A stretch of 63,986 nt of DNA, filler included, from Bigelowiella natans CCMP2755 (Eukaryota; Protista; Cercozoa), in the NCBI GenBank assembly GCA_000320545.1. It is 6 parts of 6 records of this genome, joined end to end, with 100 filler letters (N's around TTAATTAATTAA, not from the genome) between each part and the next. Parts side by side here need not be neighbours in the genome. Positions count along the whole stretch, not along the records: positions 23,992 to 33,917 come from ADNK01001768.1; positions 34,018 to 47,132 come from ADNK01002896.1; 4 more parts are not named here. One strand, given 5' to 3'. Under the pieces are notes generated by a model. It was not told the DNA's origin. It did no database searches and worked only from the letters and a program-made list of their open reading frames with translations. Made by a program: the position numbers and the translations under genes. This document shows, one piece after another, positions 28,723-42,339 of the stretch. The first letter of the stretch is position 1. Each line of letters starts with the position of its first letter.

Positions 28723-30814
28723 CAACAACAACCTGCGCGAGACCAAACTCGCAGTTAGGAAGGCCATCCGCCGTAGCTTTGCAAAGGAGGCCGTGCTGGA
28801 GGCAGTCTGGAGTGCACTGCGGCAATTCCGCTCGGAGCTCCAGAATGGCGGTCCGCGCGTGACGCCGGAGGCTGATCTGGGCATAACGCACGACGATTTG
28901 CGGCCTGATACGCGGAAGAAGCTCGGCCCGGACCTGGAAAGGGAGGGGGAGGTCGTCGGGATGACGGCTGCGATGAAGGCCGAACTCGAGAAGAACCTGG
29001 AGAGGGATTTGGCGCAGTTGCGGGGGGGGGAGGGGGGCGGGCGGCGTTGGTCGGAAGAAGCCCTTCTGAAGGGTTTCGAGCTGGTTGAGGTGTACTTTCG
29101 GCTCTATCGGCTTAACAAGCTGGAAAGGCTCCTACAAGACATGAAGGAAGCATGCTGGGAGAGAGGCGATGAGGTCAGGCTGTAGTACCTTGCCGCGTTG
29201 GGATGTAGCTTGCCTGTGCACGGTGTTAGTTCTCCCGTCAAAATGCGGCCTCAATTCATATCTCCTCTTGAGCCCTTCTCTTCTCCCCCTCATCATCATC
29301 ATCCCACCCTTTATATATATATATATATATATATATTTATTTATTTATATTTGTTTGTTTTATAAAAGCATCCTCCATCCAACACACCTGCTAACGCATA
29401 GGCTCTCCCCCCCCCCCCCTCTCCTTTCTCCCCTCAGAGCGACTGGATCCCGAAGTGGCTACAAGCCCAGGCAACGAGTCTCTGCAAGCAAAACCGCTAC
29501 GAGGAGTCGCTTCCCCTCTTCACCGAGATGGCGGAACGACTGGCCCCCACCTCCGCCCTCCTCTCCAACGTTGGTAACGTTTACCTCGCCTTGGGGCGGC
29601 TGGAGGAGGCCTTAGATCACTACGAGCAGGCAAGGGAGATGCTAAGAGAGGAGCCTCATGGGCCGGATAAGGAGGCTGGCGCGCTTGCAGAGATTGCTTT
29701 TGTGAAGCTCAAGATCGCAGAGACGATAGGTCCGCATCAGCTACAGCAGCAGCAGCAGCAGCAGCAGTCCCTCCCTCCCCCCCATGCTGAGATCTCAGCA
29801 GCGCTAACAACGGCGATGGCCGGGGGCGGCAAGAGGCGCAGGCAGCTGCTGCGAGACGCGAAGAGGATGATCGTTGATGCGGTAGAGATATACCGGGACA
29901 AGATGGGATACGTCACGCATTCGATGCTGGGTAAGGCGCTGGGGTCTTTAGCGAAGATCTGCTATGCGAGGGCAGAGTACAACGAGGCGGAGGAGGCCTG
30001 GTAGGATGATAGTCATTGTAGTAATTTGTAGTAGTAGTAGTAGTAGTAGTAGTAGTAATAGTAGTAGCTGCAGCAGTAGTAGTAACTCTCCTCAATTTGT
30101 ACCCTATCCCTCCTTCTCCCCCTGCCATTCGTCTCCTTCTCCTTCTCCTTCCCCTTCCCCTACCCGCGCCCTTTCAGGACCGAGGCGCTAAACATCTACC
30201 GCATCCGGATGGGGAAGGACAGCTTGTACGTCGCGGGCGCGTTGAAGGAGCTCGTGAAGGTGCTCTTGAGACTCGACGCGGAGCGCGCGCGCAAAGATGC
30301 ACCGGGGCTGCTGCAGAAGGCGTTGTATAAGTATGTTCGGAAGCAGGACGTGCTGGACCTGAAAGAGGTGTGGTTTCCTTTCTTCTTTTCCCTTCCTCCC
30401 CGTCTCCCCTCATGCCCCCCCCCCCCCCTCTCTCCATTTATGTAGATCAACGAAATCCTGGTGCTGCTTCTGGAAGATGAGCTGGGTTTCAAGAACACGA
30501 AGGGGGCGCTGGATCTCTTCATTCCGTTGCTCTATCACGTCGATAAAGTGCTGAGGGGCGAGGTGCATGCACACTCACAAATCAAAGCTGTACGAGCACG
30601 CGATCATCCTTGTTTGTACCTCAACTGCTGTTTCGCTCAGATCGAAGGCCAGAGCTCAGAGCATCCGAACATAGACATCCGATTCGTCGCCGAGTATTAT
30701 CAGCACTCGGGGGAGCTGTTGTGGCACTCGAAACAGGACGCGCAAACCGCTAGGAAGTGGGTGGAGAAATCGGTTGGCATTTGGGGCGAAGTGGCCAACA
30801 TGGGAGGGGAATAA
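26322..30814 (+). CDS. Large co-chaperone-like protein: coiled-coil/Lys-rich N-terminus, Aha1 N-terminal-like domain, C-terminal TPR repeats
   Basis: Aha1_N-like motifs WSQLRLAQLL...VEGEATVVARRGKVFAAYDLSISLAIEG...FNGNIRVADFTEED...VWSALRQFRSEL (~28050-28845). TPR helices include LLSNVGNVYLALGRLEEALDHYEQAREM and LGSLAKICYARAEYNEAEEA (29530-30000). A frame change occurs near 28500-28560. Confidence 0.65.
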
Positions 30815-30929
30815 GCGTTGATCCTCTGCTTCTCCCCGCGTCTGAATCCATCTATGAGATGCACAGTCATGACTCGCATGTGCGTTCTGCCATTTTGCCA
30901 ACATTGGCGGTGTCATCCTGGGCCGAGCA

Positions 30930-32100
30930 TCAGCACTACTAGACTAGCTAGCTAGTGATTGTCACATGTATATTTACAAGTGCACCAGTGTGATGCCAGC
31001 AACGTGGTAACAATTACAGGAGCCATGCGATGAAATGCTGCGCGCGTCCAGCCAGCCAGCCTGCTTGCTGCGTGCGGGTGCTGGACATATCCTAGCATCC
31101 ACAACTTTGTTCATCAAACAATGCATGCAGACTTTCATCGTTTTTTCACTTACAGTTTGCGATGGAATTTAGGACTCAGTTCGCCTTCAAGTTGTCTATT
31201 GTGGGCTAGTGAGGATCGTTTTGCAAAGTTTGTCGTCAACATCATGGAATTTATCTGCTGTGCTGCTGTCGCTTTCACTTGCTTCCTCGTTTTCATTGCT
31301 CATTTGCATCTCACAGTGACATGTAGATTTTTTCCCATATGAAAATCGTGTTTGACTTGGCTGGTGCAAATTAGCAAAGGTCATTGCACTACTTAACAAA
31401 TCTCTATTAAAATTCTTTTGCCAAATTTGCTTACGCGCTTCATGCCCATTATCACATCGCAACACCGCATCGCTTTGTATGTGAGCACATGCAGCATGGC
31501 ATTGCTTCGCACACACGGCCCCACTTATGCACGTTGATTCCAATGCTAGCATGTGCAAGTGTATGTGTGTGTATGTCGCGATCGCTTCACTTCCTTAGGG
31601 AATGTTTGTTGTGAAAACTTCCTTCGATCGTTCATTTTAGCTTTGTCAAAATGTGGCAATATTCACATTGCATGTGTTGTTTGTACAACTTGTTGAAGGG
31701 ACATTGAGAGCAATAAGGTTGTTTGCGTCAGAAAACATTTTTTCACAACGTTATTAGATTTTTCCCACTTTATTTGACATTTGACGGTTTGCACATTTCT
31801 GGATTTGCATCCCTTGTCCATCATATAAAAACTTCCCTTGAATTGTGGGTTGAATGTGCATAATGCAGCCAATGCAATGGAGAATGTGACACTTCAGTGG
31901 CATGCAAGACACAATGACACAATGCATCAGCTGCATCGTTTTGCGATGCGTGTGTTTGCACACCACACCGTCATTGGCGGTTGCAATGATTATGTCATCA
32001 TCAGCAACAATAATGGCATTGCTTGTAACTTACTCATTGCACAACGCACATACTCTGACTAGATTCTCATTTGCCATGCTAGCATTAGCGTCTATGCAGC
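30930..32100. mobile_element. Probable decayed repeat/TE-derived intergenic block
   Basis: Microsatellite-poor and dominated by TGCA/CATG/CACA words, with only short meaningless ORFs. Confidence 0.3.
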
Positions 32101-32189
32101 GACGTTACTTTTCCTTGACGAACAAAACTCGATTTCTGGGATAATCGTACACCTGATTGGCAAACACAGCAAGTTGACGGCATGATGAT

Positions 32190-32595
32190 GGGCGCCATTA
32201 CATGTGGATCATCGCAATTCTCCTCTCTCCGAATCATTCCGTCTCGCACGGTAGAAGGTAGGAGCAGCAGCAGCAGCAGCAACAACAACAACAACAGGGC
32301 GACGATTGCAGGTATGGAGGCATGGAGAGACTTATTACCGCATGGCACTGAATGAGGAGGTCGTTGCAAAGAATGCCAGCCTGAGAATGTTCGGAGCACA
32401 CGAGGACACAACAGGAAGAAACTTATTTGTAGACCGCACACTATTACTACTACTACTACTATTTTGGGTCTTATTTAGGGGCTTTAGGCAGCATAGATTC
32501 GCAACGCTTTCATCTGGTGACTTTGAACGCGTGTTCGTTTAAAAATTAAAAGCTTCCGCAAGAAGCAGCAATCATGCGTATCTTTTGAGAAACAT

Positions 32596-32636
<41 letters not shown>

Positions 32637-32990
32637 GCGATAGAATACTAGCTCTACCATGTGCATGGATATATCGAGGCCTCCCCGTTCCGGAACATAT
32701 CTGACACACACACACACACATACACACACACACACATACATATCCATAGCTTCAATAAAGTGAGACCTCAAGCCAAATGTGTCAAATTCATCTTTTAGAA
32801 AAAAAATCATTTTCATTTTATTCACAGTGACTTGAACACAAGATTATGATGCGGGGTTCTTACGCAGAAAGGTTGCGGAATAGCGCATGAGACAAAGCGA
32901 CAGATCCAATCTGGGAAGAAGAAGAGAAGGACAGGACGGGAGGGGCGAGCGAGGGGATTAGATAGGAGGAAAATCAAAACCATAGCCTAC

Positions 32991-33028
<38 letters not shown>

Positions 33029-33335
33029 TTCTCCCCCTCTCTATTTTTCTCTCTTCCACGCACACACGCACACACAAACACACACTCTTATACATCCAGC
33101 TATATAACACGAACAGCTCTCATAATATTACATTCATCGATCCAACTCCCAATGAGCCGGTGCTGCCCCCATCCGAGGATATGCCTGGACGCAATAGTAG
33201 TATTGAGAAAGGGGGGTGGGGGAGGGAGGGGGGGGAGGAGGAGAAGGAGGAGGAGGAGGAAGAGGAGAACCTGTTATAGAGCTTGATCGTGTGACGTTTC
33301 CCCTTTCGGCAAGGCGTAACTGCTCCTGAGAAGTT

Positions 33336-33371
<36 letters not shown>

Positions 33372-33412
33372 TTATGTTTATATGTATTTTATATACTTAT
33401 ATCATAATTAGA

Positions 33413-33455
<43 letters not shown>

Positions 33456-33810
33456 AGCTGAAAGTTTAAGAACCACCATCCTCCTGCTCCCCCCCTTCCT
33501 TCTTCTCCTCTAATCCTAATAACAATAGGCCGAGTTCATCTATCTAACTACGCACACAAATGCCATACCTTTGCCCTCTCGTGAAATATTATATTCATCC
33601 CTCCGGCCCCAGAGTCGAGCATAAACTGCGGCGTTTGTTTTCCGGGGGGGAGAGGGGGGGGGTGGGGCGATGGAGAAGGTAAAGAAGGGGAAAATGACAT
33701 GTCTACCAAACTCATCAGCAGCTTTGTCTTTGTATAGAACTATTAAAACACACAGTCTCCCCCCCGCCCCACCAACGCCGGGATTAACGCTCGGTCCTGG
33801 GGGGGGGGGG
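32190..33810 (-). CDS. Fragment of an unidentified multi-exon gene truncated by the linker at 33918
   Basis: Short AG...GT-bounded segments between microsatellite introns, e.g. VLYKDKAADEF, GKTNAAVYARLWGRRDEYNISREGK, HILGWGQHRLIGSWIDECNIM, KDEFDTFGLRSHFIEAM and AGILCNDLLIQCH. Frames were not fully resolved. Confidence 0.4.
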
Positions 33811-33917
33811 ACGCATCTATTGTTTCACGAGAGGGGGAGGTAGGGGGATCCTGAGCGTCGTCAGACGACAGAATCCGGCCACTTCGAGATGGGTCTGGGG
33901 TGAAGAAAGGAAGGGGG

Positions 33918-34017
33918 NNNNNNNNNNNNNNNNNNNNNNNNNNNNNNNNNNNNNNNNNNNNTTAATTAATTAANNNNNNNNNNNNNNNNNNNNNNNNNNN
34001 NNNNNNNNNNNNNNNNN
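33918..34017. other. Artificial contig linker
   Basis: N44-TTAATTAATTAA-N44. Confidence 0.97.
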
Positions 34018-34298
34018 GCGAAACTCCCCATGGACCACTGGCTAGTCATTAGTAACACAGAGCAACTCACATCCACATTGGCGCAGCGTCATCTTCATTG
34101 TCGCACACTCAGACCGCGACAAGTCGCTAGCTAGCTGTGCACGAGCTGCGAAGTCTGTGAGTGTGCAGCACCAGAGCAGGCAGCTGCGCGCCAGTGGCAT
34201 GCTGCCAATGCTACATGTGTGTGATGTCACCCATTTGTCTGCAACGAACACTATCGACCTGTCAATTCAAAGGTTCTGCATCTTGACTGACACGTCTG

Positions 34299-34354
34299 GA
34301 CGTGTCCAGGTCTAGAGGTGTGAACAGACGTGTCCAGGTCTAGAGGTGTGAACA
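34299..34354. repeat. Perfect 28-bp direct tandem duplication inside a decayed-repeat block (34020-34560)
   Basis: gacgtgtccaggtctagaggtgtgaaca at 34299-34326 and 34327-34354. Confidence 0.9.
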
Positions 34355-35254
34355 ATGAACAATGAACGCAACAAAGCGTTGATCCAAAACTACATGCGCC
34401 AGAACCACATGGGAGACAGGCATTTGCACGCAGCAGAGCCTTAACAACACTCGTTGCAAGGACTTGTCAGCACCTTGTTGGTGAAGAGACACAACAAAAT
34501 CAGCTGCAACCCATCAGAGGCACACTCCAAGGCTGCGTGACGATGTGACGCGATCGAGGCACTCAACTTTGCAAAGAGCAATTCTAACAATTACATGGTT
34601 TCACGTTGTCGCATCCTTGAAATACAGTGCTTTTATCCATAAAATGACGGGAAACAATTCCTCGAGAGAACTTCCTAAAAAAACACTAGCAGCGGATGTC
34701 GGCTTCTGGACCCGAACAAAACATTCACCGCAACACCAAGCTAGAGTAGTAATGAAACGTTTCTATTTTAATATACGACAATCCAAATATCCATAATTTG
34801 TTATATATTCAGTCGATTTTTCAATATTAAATCTATTTGTTGTATAGATTAAAATCTGGATTTTGTACTGTGTTCGACTAAAGCTCGAGCGATCTTACAA
34901 ATAAGCTACAGGTGCCTCCCCCACCATCCCGCTTTCAACGAGCGCCCCAAAACGCTTATAGCAGCCGGCATAGCATGCTTTATGATGGTGCTGTTGTATA
35001 TATGTTTCCGCTCCGCTTTCTTCGTGTGCGGGTAGAGATATCAAAGCGATGATATCTCGCGAAGATTTTACGTGTTTTTGTACCAACCGGCGTCAGATTG
35101 CAAGCGTGAGCAGCGACTCAATGAATTGGATTGCCTTGAATAATTTGAAATAAGTAAGCCTCATTGTTTCGTTTGTTGCTTAAAGGACCGGGACGCCGTA
35201 GAAAAACACCTCGAAAGAACACAATAATATCCAGCTGCTACCCCCGACTTCTCC

Positions 35255-36230
35255 ATGGGACAAGCAGAATCAAGGTTCATCTCCAAGCTGGAGCGAGGGC
35301 AGTACAAGGTGACTTAGTTATCATTGTTAACATTTTTGTCTGCTGGGCCGAGAAACAGGGTCTAGCTTATAAATTTCCCAAGCTCGTAACGATCGTTTCA
35401 GCCATTAAACGATTTTTATAAGAACTTGGCTAACACCGCGCGTAAATGTAACCTAGCACGGAGGATTCGATGAAATTCCTAAAACATTACCAGACATCGG
35501 AACCGTCCGTCCTCTCATCTACGCCGTGCGTTTTGCAAAACCCACTTGTGTTCTACTTCGGCTCTCCCACACATATGCTTGTTTGACAGGATGCGGCTAA
35601 CCTATGGGATAGCAACCCTGAGATGAGAGACGGCATTGACCCTAACAAGGCACTAGAGGGCCGAGCAAGCAAGCGGAATACGATTTTTCACCTTCTTTGG
35701 TACTGCTCGGTAGAGAGGATTTATCGTGTTCTTTTGTACTTCATCATCGTTTTATATGCATAAATATACTGCATATATATATATATATATATATTATATT
35801 ATATGTGTTATACTATTATTTATATACAATGCAATATACATTATTCACCTATTCGAAACTGATGGTTTTCATGTTGTGGCGGAGCAGCAAGAACGCTCTA
35901 GAAGCTCCGATAGAGGCTTTTCTGGGTACGATAGCACTCCTCGATCTACTTCCCCTCGACTTCGTAAAACACCAACATTTTCGCGCATACACAGCATGAA
36001 CTACTATATGGCATGCTCACAACTTTTGGCGCCGCACACTATGCATCCTTTGACTTGCAGGCGTCGAGAAGTTTGTGGATCTGAACAAGAAAAACGAGGA
36101 AGGAATGCATTGCGGGCACTTCTTGATGTCCGAAGCGACTAACAAGGCGAAGCGACTAGGGCTATTACGGGTAGTTTCGTTGTGAAGAAGTGGCCTATGC
36201 TAGAATACGCTGAAATAGTCTGTATATCAA

Positions 36231-36271
<41 letters not shown>

Positions 36272-36412
36272 ACGCAAGCGTAGTAGCTTCGAGCGCTGCG
36301 AGAATGTAACAATCTACTGAACTCTGCATCTTAGAAACTGCTTCAAGCAAAGGGGCCCGATGGGAAGTCAATGGTACTGCGATTTGTTGTCTTTGCAATG
36401 TTCCAAATATGT

Positions 36413-36450
<38 letters not shown>

Positions 36451-36577
36451 TGTCACTTATCACACATAGTTATATCAATTATATCGTATAGTTATAATGC
36501 TTTTAGTACGTTTACATATGCAGCATCCATATTATGAGCATCAGTTTCAATAATGAAGAATACATGTTCGTGTCTGC

Positions 36578-36613
<36 letters not shown>

Positions 36614-37129
36614 CCGGCCAGAATCTCCGGGAGGAAGATAATAATCGAAACACAATGCTGCATTACGCTGCCAAGAGCGGGCTGGAGGACTGTGCCATGT
36701 GTGTTTTGCCTCTAACAGTAGTAGTAGCAGTAGCAGTGATAGTAGTGATAGTAGTAGTAGTAGTTCTGGAAGATTTATAGGAACAGATCAGCAATAATGG
36801 GAGACTATGCGTTGTTATACACACATACTCACACACACGTTCATTACTAACATTAACGAATGAGAGAGAGAGAGATAGAGAGAGAGAGAGATAGAGAGGG
36901 GGAGAGAGAGACGGGAGAGAGGGGGAGAGAAATAATCAGGATGAAACGAGTTATAAATTTATTCTGATATGCAGCATGCTTAAATCTGCTACAATTGATG
37001 ATCAGGTTTCTCATTGATAGAGGCCTTGCAACCTGCCTCACCCGTGAGAATAAATCCGGTAGTAGAGATGATAGCAGCAGCAGCAGCAGCAGCGCAGCCC
37101 TTCTATCTATTATTTGCTTTACTTATATG

Positions 37130-37166
<37 letters not shown>

Positions 37167-37413
37167 GTATTATAAATATACAATTTAGACTGTTGGGATT
37201 TTGATTTCGGGTTCTGAACAGGCCAAACACCTGCTGCGCTTGCTGATGAGAGTGAGCCTAAAAATCCGGCTTTGGCTGCTAAAATGGAGGGGATCATCGT
37301 GTACCAGAAGCAGGTTCATATGTACACGCCGGTTATCGAATAGTATATGTGGTGAGGCTCTAAATGAATGATGTGTATGGTGGTAAATGCGTATTGATAT
37401 GTGCTGTAGGATT

Positions 37414-37454
<41 letters not shown>

Positions 37455-37556
37455 ATATCTCTCTCTCTATCTCCTTTCACTTTCTCTCATCCAATCTCTT
37501 TCACTGCGGGGGAGAGTGTGTGCAAGGAAGTGTGTATGTGTAATTGTGTGTGTGTT

Positions 37557-37596
<40 letters not shown>

Positions 37597-38161
37597 CGGT
37601 GTGTTTGAAATCGCGGCAAATGCATTACCTAATGCGACATGGTGTTTCAGGATTCTGGAACGGAGGCAAGAACAGTAGCATTGCTGCAAGAGATCATGGA
37701 CGAGGACAACGCATATGCTACACACAGAGGTGCGACAATTGGGAAGAATATTAGTTATTATATTGTATATACGTAAAAGCAATTTAGTACAACTAGTCAT
37801 TTTAGCACATAGTTCGGTTTAGTATTTGTTCGTTACACATGCGCGAGGGGCGATTTCGCAAGATTTACAAGTATAAGAATTGCAGCGCAACGATGCATAT
37901 GTATTCGATAATACACGCGGCCCCACGCGCTATCGCCACAAAACATCCCGCTAGTTAGATAGTGATAATCGTACGCGTCGTATGCGTATGCGCGCACACA
38001 CGTTATTTCTCTACACACACCAGGCTCTCATCGATAATATCTGATGATTATTATAGGAATGCGGCTACAAGATATACGCGACCAGAAAGATCAGCAGATC
38101 TTAACCACAACATCCGTGAGTAGCACATTCTCATAGCACTCAGTTGTATTTGTTATTACGC

Positions 38162-38214
<53 letters not shown>

Positions 38215-38402
38215 TTCTTTCTCTCTCACACACACCCAACGTGAATATCTTGTATTATAATGTATAATATACATATATATTTTTTGCTTGGTGTTTATGT
38301 GTATAGGTATGTGTATAGATATAGATATAGATATATAGATATTTATATCTATTATATAACATATAGATATCACATATGATAGCATGCATGTGTAAATGTG
38401 GG

Positions 38403-38449
<47 letters not shown>

Positions 38450-39214
38450 GTATGTGTGTACGTGTGGGAGGGGGTGAGTGCGTGAGCAAGGACGTGTCAG
38501 TAACTTTGCATGCCTCTTCACCTTCCCTACCCTGCAGTTTCTCTATGGAAATGACATCTGCAAACGCACCATGTTTAATGCCGGCGAGCTTCTATCTGCA
38601 TATAAGGTAACACATGCTATAGATAAATTACCATCCGCTTTTCTCCGCTTGAATACTTGCTCGAGTCGTCGCTGCCTCCCTCCTGCCCCCCCCCCCTCCC
38701 AAACTGCACGTACCTTGCCACCACACGATGAAAAAGTGGAAAAAAAATCCTGATCGAAACGCGCGCGCGTGCGAGCGGGCAAAAGCATACCGAAAACCTT
38801 GCGAGCTGACTATCGTTGCACGGACCCCACCTCATTCTCTTAGTGGGATACCGAGCAGCTGCAGATGGCATGGCTCACGGACAAACAAAAGGTGTGTCAA
38901 TCGCACATCGCCACGCGCTTTGGATGTTTAGGACAGGGTAGAGGCGTCGTTCTCCGTCAAAACCATCAAGGATTCTCCATCCTTTCTCCCGCATCTGCAC
39001 CTGCATCGTGTGCTTCGTTTTGTCATTGCTGCTGTTGTTGTTGTTGTTGTTGTTGTTGTCCCCATTCCATTCCATTCTTCGCAGACGTGCTACAAAGCAG
39101 GGATAGATCCTGATAAGAAATGGAACGTGGAGGCCAAGGGTAGTAGAAAGATGCAGCAGCAGTAGTAGCAATGACCTTGGCAGTTGTGTTATTATTTTTA
39201 ATTGTTAGTATTAT

Positions 39215-39246
<32 letters not shown>

Positions 39247-39961
39247 TCGTAACAATAGCACCATCATCGTTCTCGGTATAACATAAAATTACCAATTTCG
39301 CTCATTTCCCTCTCCCTCTCCCCGCCCCCCCCCTTTCCCTGCAACTCAAGGTCTGAAGTGCCTCACGTGTGGTGAGAGCGCCGAAACTGAGGAAGAGATT
39401 GCGAACAAAGGTAGTGCGTGAAATCGATGCTGTGTTTGAAATGATTGTATTTTATTTTAGTATGTTATTTTACAAAGACTCTCTCCCTTTTTCTCTCTCT
39501 CTCCCTCTCTCTCTCTCTCTCTTTCTTTCTATCCCCTCACCGCCCCCCGGGACGCTGCCAAACATCGCTCACGTCTAGAGAAAGCATGCACGAGAGGCAT
39601 ACGAATGAATATTATGCACAAACGGCTTCACCTTGTAGGCCTTGAAGATCCCCTCGCCAGGGAGATCGCCGTGGATATTCGAGCAGGTCGCATTATGAGC
39701 CAGGTGAGGACAGCGATGGCGCTGTGATCTAATGCACCGATGCTTGCGAGCGCAGCTCCTGAGTCGTGTTTTGCTCGAGATTGTTATTCTCTCTCCTCTT
39801 GCTTTTCTAGTGCTGTCTAGTACAAAATGGGGAATGCAGAGAGAGAGAGCTAGAGCTAGAGCGAGCGCGCGCGGGAGATAGAGAGAGAGAGAGAAGGAGA
39901 GATCGAACGAGGAGTGGAGAGGGGAGGGAGGTGTAAGGATATATATAATATATATACATAT

Positions 39962-39999
<38 letters not shown>

Positions 40000-40204
40000 C
40001 GATACTTTTTCCACAGGTTCTTCCAAAGTACAGAGCGAAGGGAAAGACCACTGGAGATATCATGAAGGCGTTCAACAAGGCTCAGGTATTTACCACGCGG
40101 GGAGCAGCAGCGGGCAGCAGACACACCAGAGGCTGGAAATCAGCCTCACGACCAACTACTACTGAAGAAGAAAGCGCGCGCGCACATATCCATGCAATAT
40201 ATAC

Positions 40205-40235
<31 letters not shown>

Positions 40236-40243
40236 TACACACA

Positions 40244-40275
<32 letters not shown>

Positions 40276-40718
40276 TACTTAAATTTATCAGTATGTCAAT
40301 AGATATGTTTTGTTGTAATTTATATAAACATGATAATACCACACTGCATGCCATATAGATGCCATACAGTTGTGTGAGTGAGTGTGTGTGTGTGTGTTTG
40401 TGTGTGTGTTTGTCTGTGGTTTGACATCGATATCTTTGAGTGCTTATGCGTCTCTCTGTGTGCGTGCGTGCTGAATGCTGCAGGCATTTGTAATGGGAGG
40501 AGGGGGAGGAAAGGCCAAACCTGAAGCTCCGAAAGACCCTTTGGTGAAGGTGATCCTCGGTTTAATCCGCGACAAGAAAATGACAATGCCTCAGGTCGTC
40601 GGGATCTCCATTGATGAGGACATTAATATACGTGGAATTATAGGAAATTACCGCACAACTTAATAATATAAATTCTAATATTCTAACAATATCCACGAAC
40701 TATGCGCGCGCACGCACG

Positions 40719-40763
<45 letters not shown>

Positions 40764-41946
40764 CATATTTATAATAACGAATAACGATGGAGATGTAAAA
40801 AAGGGATGAATCAAACCGGCTGTTTGGTTGAGAGCTGTATATCACTATCCTGTGATCATCAGTTTACATATGACACTTGCACGGATAAAAAAGCCTGACA
40901 AGCTGCGCATACCCTACCCTTCGCCAGGTGATAAACAAGTGCCGTAAGGAAGGCCATAAGGCGGGGCAAATAATGAGAGCCTATCAAAAAGCTATGAGCT
41001 TCAACGCCGCTGCTGCCGACAGTGAGAGGGCGGAAGAGGAGCAGAAGGCGGGGCCGAAAGCTCCTAAAGACCCTCTGGTTAAGAGGATATGGCTGCTAAG
41101 AAACGAGGGAAAAACGATGCCGCAGGTGACTTGTTTTTAGAACTAGAAAATGATCCATCGTAAGGGGATTGAGTATCAGATATATTCGGAAATACAGCAT
41201 GCACAAGCACCCACACACAAAGGCGCGCACGCGCGCGTACACATCCATGCAAGCTTGTGAAGGCATACGAGCCAGAACACGATCGGCCCGGCCCGGCTCG
41301 GCTCTCGATGAGCACAGCATTGTGTAGTTGTTACCGCATCGTGGCTTTGCCGTGCAAGTTCAAGATAACATTGAGCCTATGTGTTGTTGTTTCCCCCCCA
41401 AACAGATAGTTGCCACGTGTCGGGAGGAGGGGCATGCTCCGCGGGACACCATGAAGGCATATCAAAAAGCCTTGAGCTTCAATATCGCTAGTGCGGGGGA
41501 GGACGAAGGCAGCAAGAAAGCCAAAATCGAGTAGGGATCATTCTTAGCGGCGCGCGTCTAGTTTGCAAAAGGAGTGCACATCGAAAGAAACAGCTTGCCT
41601 CATTTTTTTGGGTTAAATGATAAGTCTGGCAGAGACGATGTGTGCGAAAGGGATTAGTAGCGATGGTGGTCATCTTGCCATAGGGTTCGGTTGAAACCGT
41701 AGATATAGGAAGGCGTTTGCGTATTTCCGATCATTTCAGATTTGGGGTCGCTCCCTTTGAGCATCTGATTAGGATCGATGCACACGCAGACGCACGCATA
41801 GAGCACACATTGCATGCACTGCTTGTATTACAACACCTAAAACATTTGCCTCTGGTGTGTTCCCCCACGCCTAATCTCGTAGGCTGGTGCCGATCGATTC
41901 ATGCGGCCATACATTTTGCAAGGACTGCTGGAAGCGGTGTTCAATG

Positions 41947-42005
<59 letters not shown>

Positions 42006-42277
42006 ATGGAGAGGCGTCATAGGATGATGCCTCATGCATGTCGATTGCTGTTCAGCATGTCCCTTTCTCAAGCAATGTATCATAGATCTCTCCTCCTAAC
42101 ACAAATCGAAGTAAATGCATGTATATTTTCTCCCCCCCCCCCCCCTCCCCTTCGTTTCTCACATGCTAATCCTACTTGTCCTCTTCCTCACTGAGTTGTT
42201 ATATGTGCGGGTCCTTAGGTATCTGGAGGTCAAGATTAAAGAAGGTAATACAGAGTTGCATGCAAAAATATACGCGC

Positions 42278-42339
<62 letters not shown>

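Noticed and set aside
39993-41534. Separate small gene nested in an ANKIB1 intron (an ORF stops at 41534)
   Set aside because: Exon phases run continuously from the CLTC exon through the repeats, and via the GA|gtagg donor at 41530 into the CGH exon. Skipping the block would join phase 1 to phase 2 and break the frame. Not formally excluded without RNA data.
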